This document shows positions 51,291 to 63,224 of a stretch of DNA of 64,000 bases, one piece after another. The position numbers and the translations under genes are program-made. Source of the stretch: Mobula hypostoma. Taxonomy: Eukaryota. Location of the stretch: positions 38,256,001 to 38,320,000 of the forward strand of contig NC_086108.1 in the NCBI RefSeq assembly GCF_963921235.1. The letters are read 5' to 3'. How positions within the stretch are numbered: position 1 is the first letter of the stretch; the number at the start of each line of letters is the position of its first letter. Under the pieces are notes generated by a model. It made no database searches. It was not told the DNA's origin and saw only the letters and a program-made list of their open reading frames with translations.

Positions 51291-54141
51291 TGCCTCTCCC
51301 TCCCCCCTCCGATCCCAGCTCTCAAGACTCCAGCCTTGAACTCCAGGTCGGGTCGTTACGTGCTGCTATTGTGACTCCCGTCTCCCCTTCCCCCACCACC
51401 ACTCTGCAACCCCATCTCCCTCAGATCCCACCGCCATCTTCTGTGCCCTCAGAGGCTCCATCTTCCTCTCACCCCAACCCTCCCCTCTCCACTGACACCA
51501 CCAGCCTCCCCGCTCCCCTCTCTGATCCCACTTCTCATCTGTGCCAGGTCTTTACCATCATCTCTGACCTTCAGCTCTCCGAGGCGGAGCGCTCTGTTCT
51601 CAGTAAGGGCCTTAACTTTGTCCCCTTTCGCACACACCTCAGCGAGTTCCGCGTGCGCCATGACACTGAACTCTTCTTCCGCCAGCTCCGTCTCCGAGCC
51701 TACTTCTTTGGCAAGGACTCTCCCACCCCCACCGAGGACCACTTCTCCCGTCTTCAACCCTCCTCTTCTTCATGGACACCCCGCTCTAGTCTTCTGCCTG
51801 CTCTGGATCTCTTTATTGCTAACTGCCAACGGGACAACAACCGTCTCAACTTCACCACACCTTGTTCCCATTTCAACCTCACTCCCTCCGCACTAATCCT
51901 AACCTTACTATAAAACTTGCCAATAAGAGGGGTGCTGTTGTAGTCTGGCATACTGACCTCTACCTTGCTGAGGCACAGCGACAACTCGCAGATACCTCCT
52001 CTTATTTACTCCTCGATCATGACCCCACTAAGGAGCACTAGGCAATTGTCTCCCACACCATCACCGACTTTATCCGCTCAGGGGATCTCCCATCCACTGC
52101 TACCAACCTTATAGTTCCCACACCCCGCACTTCCCATTTCTACCTCCTACCCAAGATCCACAAAGCTGCCTGTCCAGGTAGCCCCATTGTCTCAGCTTGC
52201 TCCTGCCCAATGAACTCATTCCTGCATACCTCGACACTATTTTATCCCCCCTTGTTCAATCCCTTCCCACCTACATTCATGACACTGCTCACGCTCAGAA
52301 TTTTTTTGATGATTTTAAGTTCCCTGACCCCTACCGCTTCATTTTCACCATGGATGTCCAGTCCCTATATACCTCTATCCCCCATTAGGAAGATCTCAAA
52401 GCTCTCTGCTTCTTTTTGGATTCCAGACCTAACCAGTTCCCCTCTACCACGACTCTCCTCCATCTGGTGGAATTAGTCCTTACTCTTAATAATTTCTCCT
52501 TTGGCTCCTCCCACTTCCTCCAAACTAAAGGTGTAGCCATGGCCACCTGCATGGGTCCCAGCTATGCCTGCCTTTTTGTTGGCTTTGTGGAACAATCCAT
52601 GTTCCAAGCCTATAACGGTATCTGTCCCCCACTTTTCCTTCGCTACATCGACGACTGCATTGGCGCTGCTTCCTGCATGCGTGCTGAGCTCATTGACTTC
52701 ATTAACTTTGCCTCCAACTTTCACTCTGCCCTCAAGTTTACCTGGTCCATTTCTGACATCTCCCTCCCCTTTCTTGATCTTTCTGTCTCTATCTCTGGAG
52801 ACAGCTTATCTACTGATGTCTACTATAAGCCTACGGACTCTCACAGCTACCTGGACTATTCCTCTTCCCACCCTGTCTCTTGCAAAAATGAAATCCCCTT
52901 CTCGCAATTCCTCCATCTCCACCGCATCTGCTCTCAGGATGAGACTTTTCATTCCAGGACGAAGGAGATGTCCTCCTTTTTCAAAGAAAGGGGCTTCCCT
53001 TCCTCCACCATTAACTCTGCTCTCAAACGCAAATCTCCCATTTCACACACATCTGCTCTCACCCCATCCTCTCACCATCCAACTAGGAATAGGGTTCCCC
53101 TTGTCCTCACCTACCACCCCCCCCCCAGCCTCCGGGTCCAACATATAATTCTCTGTAACTTCCGCCACCTCCAACGGGATCCCACCACTAAGCACATCTT
53201 CCCCTCCCCCCTCTTTCTGCTTTCCACAGGGATCGCTCCCTACACGACTCCCTTGTCCATTCATCCCCCCCCCCATCCCTTCCCATCGATCTCCCTCCCG
53301 GCACTTATCCTTGTAAGCAGAACAAGTGCTACACATGCCCTTATACTTCCTCCCTCACCACCATTCAGGGCCCCAGACAGTCCTTCCAGGTGAGGCGACA
53401 CTTCACCTGTGAGTTGGCTGGGGTGATATACTGCATCCGGTGCTCCCGATGCGGCCTTCTATATATTAGTGAGACCCGACGCAGGCTGGGAGACCGTTTC
53501 GCTGAACGCCTATGCTCTGTCCGCCAGAAAAAGCAGGATCTCCCAGTGGCCACACATTTTAATTCCACGTCCCATTCCCATTCTGACATGTCTAATCCAC
53601 GGCCTCCTCTACTGTCAAGATGAAACCACACTCAGGTTGTAGGAACAACACCTTATATTCCGTCTGGGTAGCCTCCAACCTGATGGCATGAACATTGACT
53701 TCTCTAACTTCCGTTAACGCCCCACCTCCCTTTCGTACCCCATCTGTTATTTATTTATTTATTGTTATTCATTTATTTTTTTCTCTCTTTTTTCTCCCTC
53801 TGTCCCTCTCACTATACTCCTTGCCCGTCCTCTGGGCTTCTCCCCTCCCCCTTTCTTTCTCCCTAGGGCTCCCGTCTCATGGTCCTCTCCCTTCTCCAGC
53901 CTCATATCCCTTTTGCCAATCAACTTTCCTCCCCCTCCTGTCTTCTCCTATCATTTTGGATCTCCCCCTCCCCCTCTCAAATCTCTTACTATCTCTTCCT
54001 TCAGTTAGTCCTGATGAAGGGTCTCGGCCTGAAATGTCAACTGTACCTCTTCCTATAGATGCTGCCTGGCCTGCTGCGTTCACCAGTATTTTTTGTGTGT
54101 GTTCCTTGAATTACCAGCATCTGTAGATTTCCTCATGTTTG
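51291..54141 (+). mobile_element. Penelope-like element (RT + GIY-YIG endonuclease), 5'-truncated, disrupted
   Basis: SVLSKGLNFVP, FYLLPKIHK, FTMDVQSLYTSIPH, QTKGVAMATCMGPSYA, FLRYIDD, LPFLDL, VYYKPTD, GVIYCIRCSRCGLLYISETRRRLGDRFAE; 12-bp TSD CATAAAATTATA (51279-90, 54142-53). Confidence 0.95.
54007..54042 (+). ncRNA. Hammerhead ribozyme motif in the Penelope 3' region (mutated)
   Basis: AGTC-CTGATGA-AGGGTCTCGGCCT-GAAA-TGTC-AACT; CpG-type changes in stems I and III. Confidence 0.6.
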
Positions 54142-54416
54142 CATAAAATTATACCCCCTTGCATTAGCATCTCCACCCTGGGGGGTGGGGGTGGAGGGTA
54201 GCGGGGGGGAGTCTCTGGCTATCTACTTGACCTGTGTTTACTAACATCTTGTACCTCTCCATCAAGTCACCTCTCATCCTCCTTCACTCCACAGAGAGAA
54301 AAACTCTAGCTCACCCTTTAGTCCAAGTAACACGCTGATAAATCTCTCCAGCGCCCCCTCCAAAGCTTCCACATACTTCCTAATATGAGGCAACCACAAC
54401 TGAACACTATACTCTA

Positions 54417-54637
54417 GGGGAGGGAGGGAACATCGACTCAGACCATGAGAGGCCTGCGTCGGGCATTTTCATGCCTTACAAGGCGCAGATTGGAAGTCTG
54501 TGTGGGGCGCCACTCCTCACACAGACACCAGAGCAATGTGTGGTTAAGTGCCTTGCCCAAGGGCACAGACACGCTGCCACAGCTGAGACTCGAACTAGTG
54601 ACCGAGACAAACGCCTTAACCACTTGGCCACATGCCC
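54417..54637 (-). mobile_element. tRNA-derived SINE with CORE-like segment
   Basis: Minus strand: GGGCATGTGGCCAAGTGGTTAAGGCG (A box), AGTTCGAGTCT (B box), GTGCCCTTGGGCAAGGCACTTAAC; TSD AACACTATACT(C/T)TA (54403-16, 54638-51). Confidence 0.88.
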
Positions 54638-54863
54638 AACACTATACTTTAAGTGTGGACTAACAAGTTTTATAGAGCTCCAACATTACGTTGTGGTTCT
54701 TGTACTTAAGAGCAGTAAAGAAAATCAGAAAAGAGCATCAGTAAAAAAAAAAATGCTAGGATCTGACTCTCTCAAGTAGATGTTACATGTGTAAAATTCT
54801 AACTTGAGTATTGACAAGAATTTTAATCACATGGAATAAAAATAACTGAGTGAATAAATACAT

Positions 54864-55212
54864 TGTGGCAATCCGGGTGGGAGTTTGATCGACAGCTCAC
54901 CCCAGCATTCCTGACAGTCAGCTCAACTTATTGTACTTCTGTTAAAATGCATTTGTGGGATTATGGTGGGATGTTCCAGTTCATTTATTGTTACATTTTA
55001 GCTTGGGTTACACAGTTATTCACGTGTGCTTGTGGGTCCCCCTGACCGTAACCAGGGTGTGGAATAATCACCTCCCCCGTACGTATGTGACTGAGTGGGT
55101 TCTCTCCCCGAGTCATGGCACTCAGTCTGTTGTTGTGCTTATCGCAATAAGATTGGCAGTCGAGCTAAGCAAGCTTCTCTCGCCTGTAACCCAGGACCAA
55201 ATGATCACCACA
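54864..55212. mobile_element. Solo LTR (349 bp)
   Basis: TGTGG...CCACA terminal inverted repeat, flanked by the direct repeat ATACAT (54858-63, 55213-18). Confidence 0.82.
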
Positions 55213-56014
55213 ATACATCAGATATGGTCAAATGTGAACATATACATAATCTCATGGATTTTAAATAATTGCAATAGATAGAACAAAAGTACTTGTGAAT
55301 GAATTTTAATTGATTAGAATATTCTGAAATAAAGTATAACCTTCCTCTTGCTGTCACTGATCAAAGAGAATGTATTTAAACATTAGAAAAGAAATAAATT
55401 ACACCATGTGCCACCCACACATTGACAAAAATCAATTTTTAATTTGTCCAGATGCAAAACATATCTAATTGCTTTCGTGAGAAACATTAAGCAACACAAT
55501 GTAATGCATAAATTTCAGATGAAAAAACTACGACTTAAATGCCACTGTCTGAAATACATTCGTACACAATACTGTTTGTGTACTTCACCTTGTGCTCCAG
55601 CAAATGCTATCAAATCACGGCCTTGAAATGGCACAAAGGTAGAGCCAAAGTGAAAAAGATTTAGTGGCTTACAACTTGTCTGCCCAACACAAGCATATTC
55701 TCCTTTGTTCAGTCATTTTTATCATTTAATCCATTTTGACAATCAAGAACTGTGCATTCCAAACATAATTTAATACATTACAAATTTCTGTTTTTTGTTG
55801 GATCCTCCACAGCTGTTTCAACAATTGCAGCTGCAGAATTTCTCTGGCCTTTTTAGCTGAAAGCACAAAAACTGATGATCTAACTTAATTATTGCTCAAT
55901 ACAATAATTACTTTAAGCAACTGTGATTTATTGTTAGATTCCTTAAGCTTATCTGAAGTTCTTGTGAATTCTTCTTATTTTGCAGACTTACTTATAAAAT
56001 AAGAGGAAAATGGT

Positions 56015-58110
56015 ATCAGAAAGGGTCTGGCAGGTATGGATTGGGACAGGCTGTTTTCTGGAAAAAGGTCGACTTGGAAAGTGCGAGGCCTGCAAAAACA
56101 AAATTTTCAAAGTGCAAAACTTGTATGTGCCTGTAGGAATAATGTAGGGAACTTTGGTTTTCAAGAGAGATTGAGGCTCGGGTTAACAGGGGGAAAAAAG
56201 CAGATGCATAGCAAGTAGAGGCAAGGAGAAACAAATGAGGTGCTTATGGAGTAAAAGAAATGTTAAGAGAACACTAAGAAAGAAATAGGGAAGGCTAAAA
56301 GAAGACTTGAATCTAGCAGACAAGGTGAAGGAGAATCCTATAGGATTCTACAGGCATGTTAAGAACAAAAGGATAGCAAGGGACAACACTGATCCCTTGA
56401 CCAGAATGGTAATCCATTTGTAGAGCCAAAACAGATGGGTGAGATCTTAAATAAATTCTTTGCATCTGTAGTTACTTGGGAGATGGACATAGAGTCTTCA
56501 GAAGTGAGGCAAAATGGCATGGACCTTGTACAGATTACAGAGATGTTTGCTACCCTGAGGCAAATCAGGGTAGGTAAATCTCCCGGACCTGACAAGATGT
56601 TCCCTCGGACTTTACGGGAGGAAAATGCAGAAATTCCTGAGGCCCTAGCAGAGATACTTAAAACATCTTTAGTGGCAGGAGGGGTACCAGAGGACTGGAG
56701 GATAGCTAATGCTGTACCACTGTCTAACAGAGGCTCTAAACAGGGAATTTATAGGCTGATAAGTCTGACATCAGAGGTGGGGAAGTTACTGGAAGGTATT
56801 CTAAGAGACCAGAGGACATGGACAGATTAAGGATAATCAGCATGGCTTCATGTGTGGTAGGTCATGTCTAACCAATCTTAGAAATTTTTGAGGTAGTTTC
56901 CAGGAAAGTAGATGAAGACAAGGCAGTGGATGTTCTCTACATGGACTTTAGTAAGGCATTAGACAAGATCCCGCATGGAAGGCTAGTCAAGAAGGTTCAG
57001 TCATTCGCCATTCAGGATGAGGCAGTAAACTGGATTAGACATTGGCTTTGTGGGAGAAGCCAGAGACTGGTAGTAGAGGGTTGCCTCTCTGACTGGAGGC
57101 CTGTGACTAGTTGGTGTGCAACAGAGATCAGTGCTGGGTACTTTGTTGTTTGTCATCTAAATCAATGATCTTCCGTGATAATGTGGTTTACTGGATCAGC
57201 AAATTTATGGATGACACCAAGTTCGGAGGGTGTAGTGGACAGTGAGAAAGGCTATCATGGTTTGCAGAGGGATCTACATCAGTTGGAAAAATGGGCTGAA
57301 AAAATGGAAGATGGAATTTAATGCAGACATTAAATGCAAGGTTGTTTTGCACTTCCTAGGACCAACCAGGGTAGGTCTTACACAGTGAATGGTAGGGCAC
57401 TGAGGAGTGTGGTAAAACAAAGGGATCCAGGATACAGGTACATAATTTGTTTAAAGTGATGTCACTTAGATAGAGTCATAAAGAAAGCTTTCGGCACATT
57501 GGCCTTCATAAATCAATGTATTGAGTACAGAAGATGGGACGTTATACAAGACATTGGTGAAGCCTAATTTGGAATATTGTGTGCAGTTTTGGTTACGAAC
57601 CTACAGGAAAGATGTTAACAGGCTTGAAAGAGTGCAGAGAAAACTTGCAAGGATGTTGCCAGGTCGGGAGGACACCTGAGTTAGAAACAAAGATTGAATA
57701 GGTTAGGACTGCTTTGTTTAGAATGTAGAAAACTGAGAGGAGATTTGATAGAGGTACATAAAATAATGAGGGGTATAGATAGGGTAAATGCAAGCAGAGT
57801 TTTTCCAACGAGGTTGGGTGGAACTACAACCAAAGGTCATGGCTTAAGGGTGAGAGATGAGAAGTTTAAGGGGAAACTTCTCCACTCAGAGGGTCATGAG
57901 AGTATGGAATGAGCTGGCAGCACAAGTAGTCCATGCGAATTTGGTTTCAACATTTAAGAGAAGTTTGGACAGGTACCTGGATAGTAGAGATATGGAGGGA
58001 TTTGGTCCCGTTCAGGTCATTGGGAATAGGCAGCTTAAATGGTCTTGGCAGAGACTAAAAGGGCCAAAGCGTCTGTCTGTTCTTCACTGTACTTCTCTGT
58101 GACTCTTTAA
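56015..58110 (+). mobile_element. CR1 LINE, 5'-truncated, degraded
   Basis: ORFs 56435..56830 (KSPGPD, EDWRIANAVPL), 56926..57168 (YMDFSKALDK), 57694..57912, 57857..58102. Confidence 0.9.
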
Positions 58111-59267
58111 TATACACAGGAGTAGAAAAACTGATACTGAGACACACGTTGTGACATATCATCACTAATGTAACCTGGGATCATTGTGCATTTTGGGTCT
58201 AATATCAGACACTCTTGCCCAGGTGACACAGCCAGAGCTGATCAGGGCCTGGTTTGTGTCCAAGCAGCATTAGTCCACGGGTCACACCTCTTGATCCATA
58301 GCCATCTGAAGGTTCACTCGGCAGCCTGTTTGATGATCCTGATGGCTCTTTCCTTTGCTGCCTATGCCAAGGAGGGATTAGGTTCTGCACATTGAGCAGT
58401 CTGAAAAGCCTCTACACCTCACCTCCACAGGCTCACATCATGCCCTCCACCCATCTCTAGCACTGCTCTACAGGCTCCTGGTATTTGGCTTTCTTATGTT
58501 CAAACACTTCCACAATCCCCTCTTCCCAAGGAACAGTCAGACCTACCATGAGAAGCTGTTTCAAGCGTTTTCCAGAATGACCATGTCAGGGCTCAAGGAA
58601 TGATGATATGATGAAGTCGGGGAAATTTAATGGCTTGCCAATTAACTATTGTTTTACTAATAAAAGTAATTAAGGAGATAATGAGCAAAAAAAATACTAT
58701 TTTCTTCCTGCAAGGAACAGCTACAAAAATGTCTTTTACATTTGGAACAGGAAATCACTTCTCAGCTTTAAATTAGTAAGAGTCAAAGTAGTAATTGTTA
58801 CGACTGTGATTGAAGTCACCAGCAAGACACTGAAGTTGGTGATACAGAAATCTTTATTCATCATGACAATTTAGTATTCTTCTAGAGATGCTCTCAGTGG
58901 TTCACAGATACATCACATTTTTATACCATCAGATCAAGGTAACAGCAGGTGATTCAATATAATTTCAATAGTCACAATGACATTGTTTACTTCAATATTT
59001 TGAGCTGACAATGCTCATTTTGAATTGCATATCCATAGTGGGAGACACCTCTGAATGTTCAGAGGCCTTTGCCATGACAAAGTAATTCACACAAATAACA
59101 TAAAAGCTTCCATGGCCATCCAAAATTAATGTTATTAGGACTGACTCACTACACAAATCTCCCATCTATAGGTGGATCAGCTATTTGATGTGCTAAGTGA
59201 TAATATCAGTCTGGTCTGCAAGCTTCCTTGATCTTGCTTACAATGGTGCAAATAACTTAGCTATATT

Positions 59268-59465
59268 AACACGAGGAAATCTGCAGATGCTGGAATTTCA
59301 AGCAACACACATAAAAATTGCTGGTGAACACAGCAGGTCAGGCAGCACCTATAGGAAGAGGTACAGTCAACGTCAGGATGAAGGGTCTCGGCCCAAAATG
59401 TTGACTGTACCTCTTCCTATAGATGCTGCCTGGCCTGCTGCGTTCACCAGCAATTTTTATGTGTG
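59268..59465. mobile_element. Fold-back (palindromic) Penelope-terminus element
   Basis: Inverted arms 59305-59372 / 59399-59466; TSD TAACTTAGCTAT(A/G)TT (59253-67, 59466-80). Confidence 0.88.
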
Positions 59466-59639
59466 TAACTTAGCTATGTTGTCTGGTTTGATGCAGGCCT
59501 AATTAACATAACCCCATTGTTTTATGTTGCATCTCGAGTGGCCAGCCTGTACTCCACAGACAGCAATGTTTATTTGCAAAGGTGTGCTTTTAACTTCAAC
59601 TTACTGCTTTCAATTCATAATTTTCATTGAGAACTGAAG

Positions 59640-61800
59640 ACTGGTTCTATTGCTTTCTTTGCCTCATGATTTGCCCACTTATTCTCTTTCTGCTCCTTAT
59701 CTCCTCTTTCTGCTGTGTCTTCACATTAATTACTACTACCTGTGCAGGCAGCCACGCTACTTTTGACACTTCTTTGCTGTGTCCAGCCGCTAAATCTGGG
59801 GTCTCTTGACATAACTCACACATATTATCCCATCTTGTGTCCCTGTTTGGGGCTGCTATTGTGAGCTATGTTGTCTGCTCTGGGAATCATACATGTTTGC
59901 TGTCCCTGCCTTCTCTATATAATTTCTCTCTTCCCTGAGTCTATGATAGCACTTGCCTTAATTATTGTGACCATCTCCAGGACAGTACCCTCATTGTATG
60001 GTCACACACAAGAATCCACTGGAAGCTACACTCCTCCTTTCTCAAATACATGAGGATCACTTCTCCTTGTCCTCACTGTTTCACCGCCTGCACTGGCAAT
60101 GTAAATCACCTCTCAAGTTATGGGCAAGGATTGATCAGTTATTGATACTGATGACCATGCATCCACCAACATATCACATTGCCGGCTCCCCAATAAAACC
60201 GTTGTGTATTTTCTTGGGTGACCACCATTAGCAATATAGAGGTTCTCTGGCCTAAAAGGTGTCTACACTAGCTCTATAACCTGGGAGGACAGAGAAGACA
60301 CTGCTGTCATTTTTTTCTGTTTTGTTGCATGACTCTCAAAACTTCCTGCCATTTTTGGTCTCAGCTTCCAACGATGGCCCAACAGACAACAGATATACCG
60401 CTACATACAATCTCCTTTCTACGTCTATTCTGGCAGTTCCTTGCTAACTGCCCTGGTTGCAAGCAAATTCTCTGCATCTTCACAGCAGCTACATTAACTA
60501 CAACCACTTCACGACTTCTCCTCCCCCTCCTCTGGTCTATATCCCTGGCCCATGATACTATTGCAGGTTAGGTCAATTCTACTGCCACCCCTAGCCTAAA
60601 ACTTCTTGGTGAGCTGAGCTCAGGTCTTCAGGAAGACTGGATCGCCCTTCCTGAATTGTCCAGCCCTGAGTATTCCTAGTATACTCAATATTTATGTCCT
60701 GCATAATCTATGACAGGCTCATCAGCTCTCTGAGCCACCAACATTATCATTTCCCAGTTAGTCTCAACTCCCCCCAGTCAGTTCCTTACTTCCACCTTAA
60801 AGCAGTGACATCTCTCCTCATTACTTGCATTCCTACTAGTTGCCCATGTACCATCGCATACTCCCTGAGCCATATTATCCCACACACTCCCAGGGCATTT
60901 AGCTTTCACCAACATATTAGATTAGATTAGATTATGAGGACACGCAGTCCTCTTTTATTGTCATTTAGTAATGCATTAAGAAATGATACAATGTTTTTCC
61001 AGAATGATATCACAGAAACACATGACAAACCGACTTAAAAACTAACAAAAATCACATGATTATAGCATATAATTACAACAGTGCAAAGCAATACCGTAAT
61101 TTGATAAGAACAGACCATGGGCACGGTAAAGGTCTCAAAGTCTCTCGAAAGTCCCATCATCTCGCGCAGACGGTAAACCGCCAGCGCCACCAACTTGCCG
61201 ATGCAGCATCCCGGAAGCATCCGACCGCAGTCCGACTCCGAGTCCGTCCGAAAACTCAGAGCCTCCGACAAGCTCTCCGACACCGAGCACCGTCTCTGTC
61301 CAGTGCTTCGACCCCAACACCAGCAACAGGCAATAAGCAAAGCCGAGGATTTGGGGCCTTCCCCTCCGGAGATTCTCGATCACACATCAGCAGTGGCAGC
61401 GAAGCGGGCATTTCAGAAGTTTCTCCAGGTGTTCCTCCGTGCTTCTCACGGCTGTCTCCATCAAATCCAGATTGTACACGGCCCCCAAGTTAACACATAT
61501 CGATATTATTCGGAACGGCCGTGCGTGCTGCGTTGCGCCGCCATCTTCTCCTCCCTACATATACATATACATATACAAATACAAAGGACATATGTATATC
61601 CTTTGGGTGCATCTGTTGAAATTCAGTCATTTCTTTGAGTTTGCACCAAAGTTCTGAATTCCCACAAACAAATTTGAGTGAGGGCAGCTCATTCAAAATG
61701 CTTTTCTTTTCCCTATGGTGAAGGACTTATGGAGGGTAGTATTCAGTGTCAGGGGCTGGCTGAAGTTGTCAGGATGCCTCAATACATGACATCCCAACGA
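59640..61800 (-). mobile_element. Decayed endogenous retrovirus relic: gag (capsid, MHR, Zn knuckle), protease, RNase H end
   Basis: Manual minus-strand translation: ILNELPSLK...HPKDIH (~61585-61700); TNWEMI..QRADEPVIDYAGHKY*VY*EYSGLD (~60657-60762); CLQPGQLARNC (~60435-60465); LGSRQCDMLVDAWSSVSITDQSLP...VLEMVTIIKASAIID (~59940-60195); WLPAQVVVINVKTQQK..ENKWANHEAKKA (~59650-59755). Confidence 0.65.
60915..61556 (-). mobile_element. Non-autonomous retroposon (~640 bp) with (TCTAA)n tail
   Basis: 5' end AGGGAGGAGAAGATGGCGGCG; tail TTAGATTAGATTAGATT at ~60915-60933; homolog at 15505-16135. Confidence 0.82.
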
Positions 61801-62375
61801 ATACAGCGGAGCATAACCTCTCCCTCTCCCTCAAATATTTACAAACTAATTCCCATATTAAGCAAAACTTAAGGGATTGTTAAGAATTAAACAGTACATA
61901 CTTAAACCAGAGTATGTACCCTGTAATCTTCCACCTCTGTGTGGCAGAACTCATGATGCCTGTTGTATTCCTTCCCATATACAATCTGTTACCATAAAAG
62001 TTTCAAACTTAATCTCAAACCCTCTCACAAACAAAAATGCAGCAAGACAGTCTCCTAAATGAGTATGCACACAACCCTCTGGCATCCTAAACAGTAAGTA
62101 ACAAGCTTTCACAACTGGTGGTCTTGCCTCAAACTACCCAAGACTGTCTGACAGCTGTTTTTTTACACAAACACACATGCACACACACCAGATTTGTGTA
62201 TTTACCAGTTCAGCTCTCCACCGTGTTCTTTGATAATTTGTGATCCTGTGACCGTTGACCTGAACAGATCCAAGCATGAGTGCTATTTTTTTAAAATGCT
62301 GCTCACTTATTACAGAAAAGGTACCAGCATTGATAGAGCATTGCCTCCTGCAAATCAGCCAAAGACTGGAAATAA

Positions 62376-63185
62376 CCAACACTCACAACACGCTGGAGGA
62401 ACTCAGCAGGTCGGGCAGCATCCGTGGAAACGATCAGTCAACGTTTCGGGCTGGAACCCTTTGTCAGGACTGAAGAGGGAAGGGGCAGAGGCCCCATAAA
62501 GAAGGTGGGGGGGAGGGTGGGAAGGAAAAAGCTGGTAGGTTCCAGGTGAACAACCAGTAAGGGGAAAGATAAAGGGGTGGGGGAGGGGAAGCAGGGAGGT
62601 GATAGGCAGGAAAGGTGAAGAAGGAATACAGGAAAACACAATGGGTAGTCGAAGGAGGCAGAACCATGAGGGAGGTGATATGTCCATACATGGCCTCCTC
62701 TACTGCCATGATGAAGCTAAACTCAGGTCGGAGGAGCAACACCTCATGTACCGTCTAGGTAGTCTCCAGCCCCTTGGTATGAACATTGAATTCTCCAACT
62801 TCTGGTAATTCCCTCCCCCTCCCTTCCCCCCTCTCTATTTCACTCTGCCCCCTCCTCCAGCTGTCTATCACCTCCCTCATGTTCCCGCCTCCTTCTACTA
62901 CCCATTGTGTTCTCCCCTATTCCTTCTTCACCTTTCCTGCCTATCACCTCCCTGCTTCCCCTCCCCCACCCCTTTATCTTTCCCCTTACTGGTTTTTCAC
63001 CTGGAACCTACCCTCCTCCCACCTTCCTTATAGGGCCTCTGCCCCTTCCCTCTTCAGTCCTGACGAAGAGTTCCAGCCCGAAACGTTGACTGATCGTTTC
63101 CACAGATGCTGCCCGACCTGCTGAGTTCCTCCAGCGTGTTGTGAGTGTTTCTTTGACCCCAGCATCTGCAGAGTATTCTGTGTTT
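62376..63185 (+). mobile_element. Penelope-like 3' fragment with long inverted 5' repeat
   Basis: GIY-YIG end (MSIHGLLYCHDEAKLRSEEQHLMYRLGSLQPLGMNIEFSNFW*); 62378-62680 is the inverted copy of 62867-63149; probable TSD AAAG(AC/TG)TGGAAATAA (62361-75, 63186-200). Confidence 0.9.
63055..63092 (+). ncRNA. Hammerhead ribozyme motif (inverted, mutated copy at 62435-62472)
   Basis: CAGTC-CTGACGA-AGAGTTCCAGCCC-GAAA-CGTT-GACTG. Confidence 0.55.
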
Positions 63186-63224
63186 AAAGTGTGGAAATAA
63201 AAGGATCCTTTTCTGGGTGGCTGC

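Larger units (their letters stand above)
51045..54700 (-). mobile_element. Old CR1 3' fragment hosting the Penelope and SINE insertions
   Basis: CR1 3'-end sequence at 51045-51290 resumes at 54154-54416 and 54652-54700. Confidence 0.7.

Noticed and set aside
55588..55620. Candidate minus-strand micro-exon (GRDLIAFAGAQG)
   Set aside because: Weak donor (GTGAAG) and no supporting homology.
58796..59640. Possible LTR starting TGTTAC with a minus-strand AATAAA, perhaps the ERV 3' LTR
   Set aside because: The other end, a TSD and a matching 5' LTR could not be identified.
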